This document shows, in pieces, positions 55,101 through 63,999 of a DNA stretch of 64,000 bases. The stretch spans positions 464 through 64,463 of the forward strand of contig CAYPRG010000001.1 in NCBI GenBank assembly GCA_964413025.1, written 5' to 3'. Each line of letters begins with the position of its first letter. Position 1 is the first letter of the stretch. Origin of the DNA: an uncultured Planctomycetales bacterium. GTDB taxonomy: Bacteria; Omnitrophota; Gorgyraeia; Gygaellales; Profunditerraquicolaceae. A program made the translations under genes and the position numbers. The notes under the pieces are model-generated. The model was not told the DNA's origin. It was given only the letters and a program-made list of their open reading frames with translations, and did no database searches.

Positions 55101-58100
55101 ATCTTTCTGGCGTAATATTGAACTTTATTACTATCTTTTTCAAATCTCTCAATAATTCTTCTCCATCATTCCTTCTCTCTAAAACACTTGCAAATTCTTC
55201 TAAACAGCAGATATTTGTTTCATATTCTATTAAATTCTTTGATATTCCAAGAGAAATGGGAACCCCGATTTTAAGAATAAAATCAGGGTTTATATCTTTG
55301 CCAATCAGCCTAACCCCCATATTTATCGTAATCTCAAGCCACTTAGATTCGCTTTTTGTTTCTAATAATTCGACTAAATCTACAATATACCCAAAATACA
55401 TTGATTTTTTTTCTAATTTATCTAGTAATAATTTAATGGAAGGATATTTTATCAAAACTAATCTTAATTTTATTTCCCTATTTTTTGAATGGTTCATTGA
55501 TAGGGTGTTTAAAAGGAATTGCAATAATTTTCTGTTCGAAAGTTCTGCCTCCGGAATTCCATACCTACACAGAGATAAAGCTATTTCTACCCTGACATCC
55601 AAATTCGGGCTCTCCGAAGCTTTAAGATAACCTCCCAATATTTGTTCTCTAGTTGCACCTAGTTTAGCTAACGACTCTGCAGCTTCCCACACTCCACAAC
55701 CTAGTGCTATAACGAGAGCCTCAATGGCTCTTTTATCATTAATTTCTCCCAAAAATTTTGCTGCATAATTACAAACATTTATATGAGGGTCGCGCAATTT
55801 TATCAAAAGCACACTAAACAACTGTTCTTTAGCTTCTAACGACGTCAGTGCTTCAAAACAGCTTCTTGCTACTTCGTAACACTGAGTTTCATTTAACGCA
55901 GAAAGTAGCTCCGGGATAGCTCGCTTATCTTTCGAGCGTCCCAAGAAAGTAACGGCCATACGAACAACTCTGTAATTACTATCATTTAGCGCCTCAATAT
56001 TTGAATCTACGCTGAAACCTGCAGGGTTAGAACATCCAACGCATTCCAATGTTTTACTAAAATTAATATAATTCACATAACCTAATTCTACTGTTTCATA
56101 AGAATGGGGTTTGGCTTCGTCATCTGACAATCCCCAATATTCTTTTTCATCAGCACTTATTATCGCATCCTTCCTAAACACCCTCCATTTATATCCTCCC
56201 CCTAAACATGACTGCACATATCTTACAACTCTATACTGGTCAGCTTTTTTGGTTTCTTTTAATGTTTTTTTCTCTATAACTATCTTATTAAAGATTTCAT
56301 TCAAGAACCTCCTAGTTGCGGATATTGGCATATCTTTATCCATACTTATGCTAAGAATTATCTTAGTAAATTCTAACATGGCGCTTATAGGAGCATCTTT
56401 ACTTGACCATATTAATTGCTTACCGTTTGAATTCATCCATTCAATCCATTTATGGGTTCCGATTTCTAAAATTTCTATATTCCTCTTGTAATATTCAACA
56501 TCACCTTTTGCGTATTGCCACGCAAGGGGAAGCCCTTCCTGGAGACAATTGCAAATCGGAAAACCTGAATTTGATAGCTTTACCCCTAATTGTAAACCGA
56601 AAATAAATGCTTCCTTTTGTTTAACGTCCTCTAGGTCAAAACTTTTCAGTAAAGAAGGAATTAATACTTTTGCGCTAAATTCCAACGGCAGATTATTCTT
56701 TTTTAGAGAAGATAAATATTCATTGATTACTTCACGAGCCGCGAGTTTCCTTATATGATATTTCCTTTCTAACCTCCCTATATACCAGCTTATTGGAAAT
56801 ACATACCGCCAGATAATAAGGAATAGACCAATACCAACCGGGATTGCTATAGAGGTAACAAGCGAAAATCCTAAAATAGAAGCCTTAGCCATTGAGAAAG
56901 CAGAAGTCGTTACATCTAAAGTATTACCATTTGTGCCACATCCACTCAATCCCACCAGCGCACCAAGAGAAACAAATAATATAATTGACCAGCATGGACC
57001 CCAATAATCCTGACGGTCACTGCGCCCTTCGCCAGGATAAGTTAAATCTTCCGGTTTCGCAAACTCGCTATCATTGAGATGAGAATTGAGTCTTCTTTTC
57101 TCCAGCATTTCTTGAATGGCGTAATATAATAATTGCCCGAAAAATATAAGAACAGAAACTAACAAGGCCCAGCCGGCTATAGCGTTACTATAATTATTTA
57201 ACCAAGATAATATCGAAGTAGTTTCATTCGAGTATCCAGTCTTTGCACATCCTACTAACCCCATTAACGCGCCTGTAAATAACAGGAATAAAAAAATCCT
57301 GCTAGAAGATTTAATACCACCGGAATCAGACTGCCGTAGATAATATATGTATCTCCAACCGAGACTTCCATCCTCGTATGGCCTTGGTAATTGAGAGCGC
57401 TCTATATGAGCTATTGCAGGTATATTGCCTTTCAAACTGTCATAAAAGTTTACAGCGGGATTATTTTGTTTTACATCTAAGACTATTTTGTCAGTATTTG
57501 AGTTTAAAACATATCTGATTAGTGCTTTCGCCAGTTCTGTGGCAATGCCTTCCCGGCGATGGCTTGGCGATACGGCCATCTGGTTGATGTAAATCGGGCA
57601 TCCTTCTTCAGGTCCAAAAATTAAATATCCAGTGATTTCTTTGCCATCGTAGTACACTAAGGTAGAATGGCCGGCTGCTTTGATTTTGTTGGAAACTAAG
57701 GATGGCGTGACGAAAGGCTTATCAGAAGTTTCCGCTATTGCATTGTTGAGCATTGAAATCTGATTTAACACATAGTTATTGATTTGCGTATTATCAAGCA
57801 AGAAGATAGATTCACTAATCTGCCTACCTTCAAATTTCTTTTCCTCCTCGTCCTCTCTCCTTTCAGTTTCTTGAGCAGGAATTACTGAAGCAGTTTCTGC
57901 GGAGACAGGCTTCTGAGCCTGTTGTTCCGGAAGTTTTATCTGGAAGGCAATTACTTTGCCATTTAGATTTGTATAAGCAAGCTGAACAAAAACGCAGTTA
58001 TTAAGAGAGATACTATTAGGGTTAATTTCTAAATGAATACTGGCAAATCTAATAGAAATGATATCTTTTTCTTTGAGAGGAATTAAATTGCCTTGTTTAT

Positions 58101-61100
58101 CCTGAATTTTAATTGTAATCTTGCCTGTCTTAATCCAATCCTTGAGGATATTTTCTGCGGTTTGAAGATTTTGCTTTACTATTCCGGGGAGTTCTGTATC
58201 TACAACCAACTCTATGGATGTATCTTTTTGCTCGACTTTAAGCGGAGGAGCCTGGGCATCACGTAAAGCCGCATCAAGGATTTCATTCAATTTTGATTCT
58301 ATCTCTGCTTCTATCTGAACAACGGGCTGATTGATTGTCTTTGAAGAATTTCTTTTAACGCGTAGTTTAATTTTTAAATTATCAAAACGAGGGCGACCAT
58401 CTTTTTGAACAGAATATTTACCATCTTCAATTATAACCTCAATATTATCCTGAATGCCGTTTGAACGCACATCTTTTGACTCTATTCTTTCGCCATTTTT
58501 GTCAAAATAACGGTTAAGAATATCATTCAGGTTGACCGGCTCGGAAACCAAATTGTTAATTTTAATATCTCCCATGAATACAGGGCCGTGGGAATTCCTA
58601 GTGAATAACACTTCTTTTGCGCCTTTAATGACTAACGACTTAAGGTTCATTATGGAAAACTTCCCAAATGCCTTCTGGCAATTGGTTAAATCATCGTAGT
58701 AAGGAATACCTCTAAACTCAATATAAGGAGGATATTTTGAAGAATCAATGTTTTCCAGCATCCAAGTTTCTTGGTTAACCCTGTAGAAGTCGCTGTCTGC
58801 CTGCAGTAAATAATCGAAAATCAATTTAATAGGAGTAAAGAACTTGGTGCGATCGGCAGGCGCATCAAGATTGACGAGACGTAACAATTTGTCTACTCCG
58901 TAGCGCTTGAGGATTTCTTTTGCCTTGTCATTCTTTTCGCAGAAATTATGCAAGTTAATAAAGCAGGAGCCGATAGGGCCTTCAATCTGAATATATTTCT
59001 CGCCGTCAGGCCCTGGCTTAAGGCCGGATATTAAATCTGAAGCATATATCTCTTGTAAATTTGCTAACTCCCCTCCAAAAACCTCTTTAACTATATCTTT
59101 TAAAATCTTACCTATGAGATCTTGATCCAAGAGAGCAATATTGGTATTAAAGTATTGTTTCCCTGCCTGGCCATAGCCTTCTTTGATGCTATTCTTTTCA
59201 AAAATGTCAGTCTGATTGTTAATTACGGCTGCGGCGCGCTCCTGCATACCTAAATACTCATAAACAATAGTGCCGTCAGGAAGGATTTTAATCTTATAAC
59301 CAAATTGCCCGCCTTTTATATCGGCTGGGATTTTGGTAGAAGTTATCATAATAATAGGAACATTATTCTTAATCATCCATTCTATGGTGTAATCGTCGGG
59401 AAAGTTATTAGTTCCGTCTCCGTTAAAGAAGGCGCGGATTGTCTTAAGATTGTTATCGAACTCTTTCCCGTCTTCTCTCTTTAGAAAAATATTCACCATT
59501 TCAGTTAAAAGCTTAGAGCCCCATTCGCCGTGACTTAAGTTTCCCTCTCTTTTTTTAGTAGGAATTCTTGTTTCCGGGTCAACAGAAGGATAAGGTTTAA
59601 CTATATACCAGTTCTTAATTATTCCCAATTCTTCCATAACTTTTTCATAAGTGCGTGCCGCCTCGCTGCGCTTACCCAACAGCCTATCCCGTACATCTTC
59701 AAAATATTCTGTTTCAAATAAATTGTCGTAAGTAGGTTTAGAAGCAGTGTCGCCTACACTGACTATCGGGTCAAAAGATATTATGCCTTTAAATCCTTTT
59801 GCTCTCTTGCCCCTTGTTTCTTTTATAAGACGCAATAATTTAATTTCTGCGATAGGAAGTATTTTATATCTTTCATTCTCCGGGACAGTTTCTCCTAAAT
59901 CAATCTTGAAATAAAGGTCCCCGCCCTTAGAACGCAATTCAGTCCTTCTAAATATCTGCCAAACCATCTTTTTTCTGCGCAGGCTTGTGCCTAATCCTGC
60001 GTCTAAACAGAGAAGGTGGATATTATATTCAGGAATACCTGTAACTTTGGAGATTTCTCTTCTGTATTCATCGATTTCTTTTACCAAATCCTGATAATTA
60101 ATAACGCCAAATAACTCCTTTCTCTTTTCGTCACTAAACATTTCTGAAGCAGAAAATAAAAAGTTCTTATTTATTATTAAAGCGGGCAGGTTAGGAAGAG
60201 GTCTGAGGTATTTCATAAACAAGGCCCGGAAACAGGCCTTGCTTGATTCATCCAGCTTTTCACTGCCCGTCCCCTCAATCATCAAAGCCTCTTCGATCTC
60301 TTCCGGGCTTGGCCTTTTTGCAATAGTAACTTTGGCATTCTTCAAGCATAGCTGCTCCCTTTCGTCTTCATAGAATTCCCCGTTTTCAACTGGGCGGGCC
60401 ATTTCTTCAGGTAAAGGCCTAGAGAAATAAAACTTCTCTCTGGTTCTATTTTCTATTGTAACACTACCCTCTACTATGCCCTTAAGTTCAACCGCGTTAC
60501 CGATAAATCTCAAAAAAGACTTATCAGTTATGTCTGTCCTCCTGGATATCCCACCGACAGTTAACTCCACGGATTTGCAATTTTCCGGCTTTAATCCCCC
60601 GACCGGGAATTTATCGGATTTAATTTTAGCCGGGTCGATTTCAAGATGAATAGTGTCGAATTCAATGGCAACCTGATCCTTGGGAACATCTATCCAGGCT
60701 CCTTTGCTATCCTGCAGGCGAATCTTAATCATTTCATCATCCAGCTCTTCCGCCGGATTAATGTATTCCGGCATTCCATTCATTATGGCATTGAATAAAA
60801 TCTTGGTTACTACCGGTTCTTTTACTTCTTCATTTCCTAACTGACGCTTAAAAGTGCTTACCTTTAGCTTAAGCTTAGCCTGATCAGAGATCTTAATTAC
60901 TTTAGGAGAAGCTTTTCCTCTGGTAAACTCTACGGCTTCATACTTCCTGTCCCCGGGCACTTTCTGAGGAATAGCCTTAATTTCCATATTCATATTAGGA
61001 TAAGCAACAGAGACAGCTTCAGAAGCAAATGGCACATCTACCCAATTTTCATTATCGCCATCTTTGACTAAAATTCTGAACCGGACACTCTTATCGCGTT

Positions 61101-63999
61101 TGATTATTTTTTGAATATTATCTTTCTGCCTGAAATCTTCCTTAATAATCACATCTATTGTGCCATCTTGATATTTAAATTTCATTTTTGACTGGACAGG
61201 AGTAACCGGCTCAAGGTCATTTATAATATCGTAAATAGCTCTCCGCTTCATATCTTTAAACCAATAAAGTAAACTTACTGCCAAGTGTACTTTCCAAGGC
61301 AGGACTGTATAAACTTCATCTGTTACCACTTCATCAAAAGCATCGCCCTTTTTCCTTGCTGATTCTAGCTTACTCACTACTACAGGATGTACGAGAAGAT
61401 TCTTTAAATCATACCCGAATAGTTTAATCAAAAGCCAATATGTAAACGGCCTTAAGATAAACATAAGCGTAATGGCCAACAGAGGAACTGATTCTTTAAG
61501 GCCTTTCCATAAATCTATACCTTTTAAATTCCCTTTGCGGTCCCGGAATAAACCATAGGCACGCATACCGCTTAAGAACGAAAGAGATGCTAAAAGATAT
61601 AATATAATGGCTGCGGCACCTAATTTCGTCAGGAAGAAAAGCCCGACTAAGAACCCAAATATAGCCGCCATAGAAGCGATACCATTAAATGGCATACCTT
61701 TAGAAAAACCTACAGAATACACCATCATAGTATTCGCATAATAGTTAGGCCTATTAAACCCTCCGATTACAGTTTTCTTAATCGTTGAAATAAAAGCGAA
61801 TATGGAATTAGAGGCATACATAATACCCTTAAAGAACAGTGCCAATAGAGGAACATAGAATGGGAAGGCTATAATAATATCCCTCAAAGTCAGAACAGAA
61901 GCTCCCCAGAAACTGGCAGATTGCCTCCAATGTCTTATAAAGTTATTGGCATTGATTGCTTCCATGAAGAAGAAGCTTATGGCGATAAAGAATACTGCTG
62001 GAGTCAAGAAAGCAAACGAGCTAAACGGAGAGAGTAACGGCAACACCGCTAAGAGAACAAGAGCAAATGCTGATATGAAATAATGAAACCATAAGAATAA
62101 ATGTGACAATTTCTTATCAACGGGTAAATCCTTGTTAAAGAATAGCGCAAATTGGTTTCTATCCATCATGAACCGGGTTACATTATAAGCGTAGCGCAAC
62201 TCTGTATTCGCCAGAGAGGAATCTAACAAGGTCGGACGGCCCCAATCCATCATGAACCAGTCTATCTGGGTAGATTCCATCAACGGCTGCTTGTTTTGTA
62301 TGACTAAGAATGAACCGGAATCTTCTCCGGGAGGGGTAAAGAGTATCGCCGCGACTTCCGGACGGCAGCATCCTTTACCGTAAAAGGTCAAGGCACCTCT
62401 ACGCGCTCTCTGCGTATCTCCTGTCCAGGTTTCCTGGGCGATAGCATAGATTTCTGGCACAGGGAACGCCCAATCTCCAGGGAAGAATGAATTCGCATTA
62501 GCACCCCAAACCATCATCATCGGATTGATTGTGCCAATATGAGGATTCCTGCCGTGATAGGAAGCCCAGGCTACTCTCCAAACGCTTTGCCCAGGATAAG
62601 TCCTAACCCAAGCATCATAATTAGTAGCGATAGGATAATACATATAAATGTTGTTGCCAATCCACTGGTTCTTAACTGATGGGGGTATTTGGACATCATC
62701 GGGAGATTTATGCCGCGCCATATTAACTCTGGCTTTCTCGGCTCCAATAATGAAATTGGCTAATCGGTTAACTACTTCAAAAGGAGCGCGGATATTCTTG
62801 TCTCTCCTCAGAGCCATAAGTATGCCTACCGCATCTTCATTTCTCCATCTAATGAAATCATCAGCCCACTGACGAGGTGTCTTGCCGGTTATGTCCGGGA
62901 TACCAGGCAACACATCTTCGACTTTAGCAAGAGCCGGCATTTCTAATAAATTCCCTTCGGCATCTAATCTAAACTCATCTCCTTCTCCCCACAAAGCTAC
63001 TTCATGATATATATGTTTCAGCTTTATATCTACCAAGCGCTGATAATCAGGATAGTCAGCCTTAAATAATCTTTCATCGCTATCCATGGCGTCTTCGTTC
63101 TTTTTGCTGATAATTTCATATATTTCCGTGGGGCTCATATAAAGATACTTATCATTATCTTTATGTCTTAAGCGTTGTAAGACATCGCCATATTTATAAT
63201 CCCCTAACTGTCCGCTCACAAATAGATGCATTTCAAATTGATCGCGCCCCATAGCCTCTGTTGCCGCGTAGTTGCTCGGAAGTATTTCGCTTACCCAAGT
63301 GCTTAATATATTAAGTATTTTAGCTAAATCCTCTCTTGCTTTGTCTCTAATATTCTTTTCTTTATCGTTAACCTTCAGCAACCCCGCTTCTTCGCCTTTT
63401 CCAATAAGCTTAGTAAGAATATCCGCCCATTCCCATTCTTTATTGCCGTCATCTACTATATTTGACAAGAATTTAACGACCTCTTCTCTTCCTACTTCTT
63501 CGCTTATGCGTTCTTTAACATTTTCCCATTCCGTATCTTTATATTTCCTGGCTAAATAACCTAACAGGTTAGTCTCTATATCTTTACCGTCTTCTTTATC
63601 ATCAAAAGTCCCATACAACAGATAGTCTTCGGGAGCAAAGAAATACTTTTCTTTAAACGCGTGCAGGTTGCTACTATTAGACTCTAAAACCGCATAAACA
63701 TCGGTACCGGGTTTTTTCTGGCTAATGCTAAAAAATTTATTGTAGATAACCATGCGGGCTTTTTTAGATTTAGGGGCAACAAATTCTCCGCCCTCTTGCC
63801 TGGCTAACGCCATAAGCCATTTATCTTTCTCTATATTGCTCAGATACATCTTCTTATGCAGCCAGATTATATCTTCAGCAATACTTTCTGCTACCGTCTG
63901 GTCGTTAGGGAAAAGCTGCATATATTTATCTTCAACTTCTTGAAATTCTTCAAACCATTTTCTATAGGACTTCTCCCAATAAGCGGCAGACAGACGGAA
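1..63999 (-). CDS. Giant multidomain membrane-associated protein, partial at both ends (at least 21,333 aa in window)
   Basis: Manual translation at both ends (63961: FRLSAAYWEKSYR; 1-60: PRKGYYIVRELWKGPVKEIE) and of many internal lines, including linkers, stays in one frame with no stop. All domain motifs fall in this frame. No track ORF is in this frame, which is expected only if the frame has no stop. Not every codon was checked. Confidence 0.93.
4560..5850 (-). repeat. Degenerate tandem protein repeat, about 175-180 aa period, 2-3 copies
   Basis: EGEKDKLEIATFRPL (~5700), EGEKDKLEFAVLRPM (~5180), KDELELAALRPL (~4640); KKLWELYRSNRLRHQNGG (~5440) vs KKAWQVYKNFRLNAQNGG (~4900). Confidence 0.75.
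6440..7210 (-). other. Domain: RpoD/RpoS-type sigma-70 factor (regions 1.2-4)
   Basis: [64 protein letters not shown]. Confidence 0.92.
8720..10290 (-). other. Domain: GH13 alpha-amylase family
   Basis: VIVDFVTNH, GFRADLAH, PAETY, FIEDHDE (D/E/D triad present). Confidence 0.88.
11050..11340 (-). other. Domain: CheD-like Cys-His deamidase fold
   Basis: LASYGIATCRGILMYNPATKEAAAAHI resembles the CheD T.GL.SC..V..YD......G.AH pattern. Confidence 0.55.
12290..12540 (-). other. Domain: minimal nucleotidyltransferase (Pol-beta superfamily)
   Basis: LGDNLKAVVLYGSAAREKNEFADFDNWVVV (GS...DxD). Confidence 0.75.
13230..13690 (-). other. Domain: class I SAM-dependent methyltransferase
   Basis: FFPS...KKFLDVGSGDGRVAILAA...ATGVEID. 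Confidence 0.85.
14250..15560 (-). other. Domain: DHH/DHHA2 family II inorganic pyrophosphatase-like (divergent)
   Basis: IGHRYPEADAVVSA, LDH, KDHH, ESCTCSMV, MLVSAICWD, followed by a DHHA2-like DSKLF...IGQ segment. Confidence 0.7.
16570..17540 (-). other. Domain: patatin-like phospholipase
   Basis: KGGGVKG oxyanion loop, GTSAG nucleophile elbow, ATMSLP, LIDGG. Confidence 0.88.
17890..18470 (-). other. Domain: YdcF/ElyC/SanA (DUF218)
   Basis: IVVSGGVG, SEAE, GVPENAILVEDKSTNTEENI, QKRA. Confidence 0.88.
19340..20460 (-). other. Domain: MalK/UgpC-type sugar ABC transporter ATPase
   Basis: GPSGCGKST, AMVFQNYALYPHM, LSGGERQRVA, FLFDEPLSNLD, YVTHDQIEA, FVAGFIGSPEMNF. Confidence 0.95.
21820..23430 (-). 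other. Domain: GH57 1,4-alpha-glucan branching enzyme (DUF1957 type)
   Basis: LHHHLPFVRH, ATHGFLPL, GIWLPECAY, YDAELFGHWWYEG, AQSSDWAF. Confidence 0.93.
23530..23860 (-). other. Domain: DUF4912-like
   Basis: AYVFWD...RLAIRLYDVS...FWFNNL...YIAQLG...LATSNRIMT. Confidence 0.7.
24640..25320 (-). other. Domain: CCA-adding enzyme/poly(A) polymerase head-like
   Basis: VMGGAVRDIFF...GDIDIA; ALEDLLDNKVR; ILRLLRL. Confidence 0.75.
25670..26510 (-). repeat. HEAT/PBS-lyase repeats
   Basis: REQAVKSLGRLGD, REAGAEILGNIGD, VRKAAARALGQI, VRLEAAWALGQL, IRHFAAKTLDRIG. Confidence 0.88.
26600..28450 (-). other. Domain: glucose-6-phosphate isomerase (SIS)-like, divergent
   Basis: VIKTGIGGQ, IPSSKSGSTDET, NVGGRW, EQNFNESIW. 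Confidence 0.72.
28615..28628 (-). promoter_or_regulatory. Possible internal RBS (GGAGG) and in-frame GTG between the PGM and PGI domains
   Basis: Minus strand reads gcGGAGGtaaacGTG; the GTG at 28617-28615 is in the giant frame. Confidence 0.35.
28650..30180 (-). other. Domain: phosphoglucomutase/phosphomannomutase
   Basis: FGTSGWRG, GYDAR, LTASHN (phospho-Ser), DGDADRF, TKVGFKW, GEESAH, SGTE. Confidence 0.93.
31400..31745 (-). other. Domain: MraZ-like transcription regulator
   Basis: TLDNKNRAIIPA and TLDKQRRIVI (two DxxxR motifs), VFVGNVDHLEIWSEKKW. Confidence 0.82.
31780..32290 (-). other. Domain: GGDEF diguanylate cyclase
   Basis: DVLTNLFNRRYF, DIDHFKSINDTYGHPAGD, RRPD I-site, RIGGEEF, ALYEAK. 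Confidence 0.95.
32738..32983 (-). CDS. Small hypothetical protein (81 aa) nested out of frame inside the giant ORF
   Basis: Part of track ORF 32738..33022. The ATG at 32983 has AGGAGG 7 nt upstream. MFNLQNLEFVKVIPTERGIF... looks globular, while the giant frame here is K/S/L/R-rich and linker-like. Confidence 0.5.
   Translation of the reverse strand: MFNLQNLEFVKVIPTERGIFSSAKYPHWCQEYNFLIESDGKVKGKTSGGNWLELSQETSLFVQTRVRSIFLGERNLIYNLN
32984..32998 (-). promoter_or_regulatory. Shine-Dalgarno for the nested small ORF
   Basis: Minus strand reads ggaaAGGAGGgggtaaaATG. Confidence 0.55.
33440..34160 (-). repeat. HEAT/PBS-lyase repeats
   Basis: TRLAAAKGLDKL, IRLAIIGVLGKI, VRIVVSNAFG, IRAAVLEALG, VRKFAAEALDKLG. 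Confidence 0.88.
35810..36600 (-). other. Domain: class I methyltransferase, CheR-like (divergent)
   Basis: LVLDIGVG...IIGTE; VITVNHVVCHL...ALREGGVLLV. Confidence 0.55.
37290..37720 (-). other. Domain: caspase/CHAT-like (clan CD) cysteine peptidase
   Basis: LIFILAHGS ... AIVLNSCSTGKG (His-Gly and Cys dyad, each after a hydrophobic strand). Confidence 0.62.
38400..41730 (-). other. Domain: GH161-type beta-1,3-glucan phosphorylase
   Basis: [85 protein letters not shown]. Confidence 0.85.
41880..42490 (-). other. Domain: uridine kinase/PRK-like P-loop kinase
   Basis: VVSVDGASGSGKTT, LGLDMF, IVIIDG. Confidence 0.72.
42660..43290 (-). other. Domain: NadD/cytidylyltransferase-like (HIGH superfamily)
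   Basis: IGFLPITGNPLNWGHI, KERHE, LNVSSTYYR. Confidence 0.65.
43640..43880 (-). other. Domain: GNAT acetyltransferase
   Basis: MAVSFDYEGQGIGRHL...ESTEDAMGFYQKMG. Confidence 0.8.
44560..45660 (-). other. Domain: 6-phosphofructokinase (GGDD type, probably PPi-dependent)
   Basis: GILTGGGPASGHN, GGTILGT, LGGDDT, PKTMDND, VEVFGR, VVVSEG, DQFGH. Confidence 0.92.
46340..46710 (-). other. Domain: NUDIX hydrolase (IDI-like)
   Basis: GLFHR, LILQQRA...FPHLW, GGHVSVGSDYLNSAVREVIEEA. Confidence 0.85.
46810..48310 (-). other. Domain: GT20 trehalose-6-phosphate/glucosylglycerol-phosphate synthase
   Basis: FYNIVANPALWLAHH, FHDYH, HFIHVPWP, ERTELTKG, NSLRDGMNLVVK. Confidence 0.88.
49400..49690 (-). other. 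Domain: degenerate minimal nucleotidyltransferase
   Basis: AVCSFARGVMVRGSDIDD. Confidence 0.5.
49750..50060 (-). other. Domain: CPBP/Abi intramembrane protease-like (degenerate)
   Basis: Hydrophobic helices with IEQVIFWG, SIFILLH and ALHYYLN, compared with EExxxR, FxxxH and HxxxN. Confidence 0.5.
50170..52060 (-). other. Domain: GT35 alpha-glucan phosphorylase-like (divergent)
   Basis: QMEY, AGGLG, YNHTIVPAG, FTFVRRMVDYK, EAGPTSVGNAQLNG, PDG. Confidence 0.75.
52990..53450 (-). repeat. HEAT repeats
   Basis: ALAKIGSAAVPSLIKAF, AAGALGKIGQAAKEAIPVL, AIKALGEIGP, VLIKIGPVAIPVL. Confidence 0.85.
53960..54460 (-). other. Domain: 2H phosphoesterase (2'-5' RNA ligase-like)
   Basis: Two HxS motifs: LLHTSL and LVHISLGR. 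Confidence 0.7.
55630..55990 (-). repeat. HEAT repeats
   Basis: VRMAVTFLGRSKDKRAIPEL, AAKFLGEINDKRAIEAL, AAESLAKLG. Confidence 0.75.
57420..57780 (-). other. Domain: GNAT (RimI-like) acetyltransferase
   Basis: YINQMAVSPSHRREGIATEL...LDVKQNNPAVNFY. Confidence 0.85.
58520..60040 (-). other. Domain: UDP-glucose pyrophosphorylase (UDPGP/PF01704-type)
   Basis: LDAGLGTSL, SKG, SHGE, FNGDG, ADIKGG, YFNTN, FFTPIK. Confidence 0.72.
61440..63790 (-). other. Domain: FKS/callose synthase (GT48)-like processive glucan synthase with C-terminal TM helices
   Basis: PKSKKARMVIYNKFFS, EDGKDIETNLLGYLARKYKDTEWENVKER, TWVS...AM, DIKL, AQETWTGDTQR, FYGKG, GED, DWGRP, then several TM helices (61440-62110). Confidence 0.65.

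Noticed and set aside
1454-63943. The many short + strand ORFs in the track (e.g. 24968..25531, 43916..44446, 54977..55630)
   Set aside because: They are S/L/F/I-rich antisense shadows of the minus-strand giant ORF, with no recognisable motifs
1-63999. Interpretation as an ordinary operon, stop-codon recoding or chimeric assembly
   Set aside because: Separate genes or misjoins would not keep about 35 domains in one frame. No in-frame TAA/TAG/TGA was seen in the translated lines, so recoding is unnecessary.
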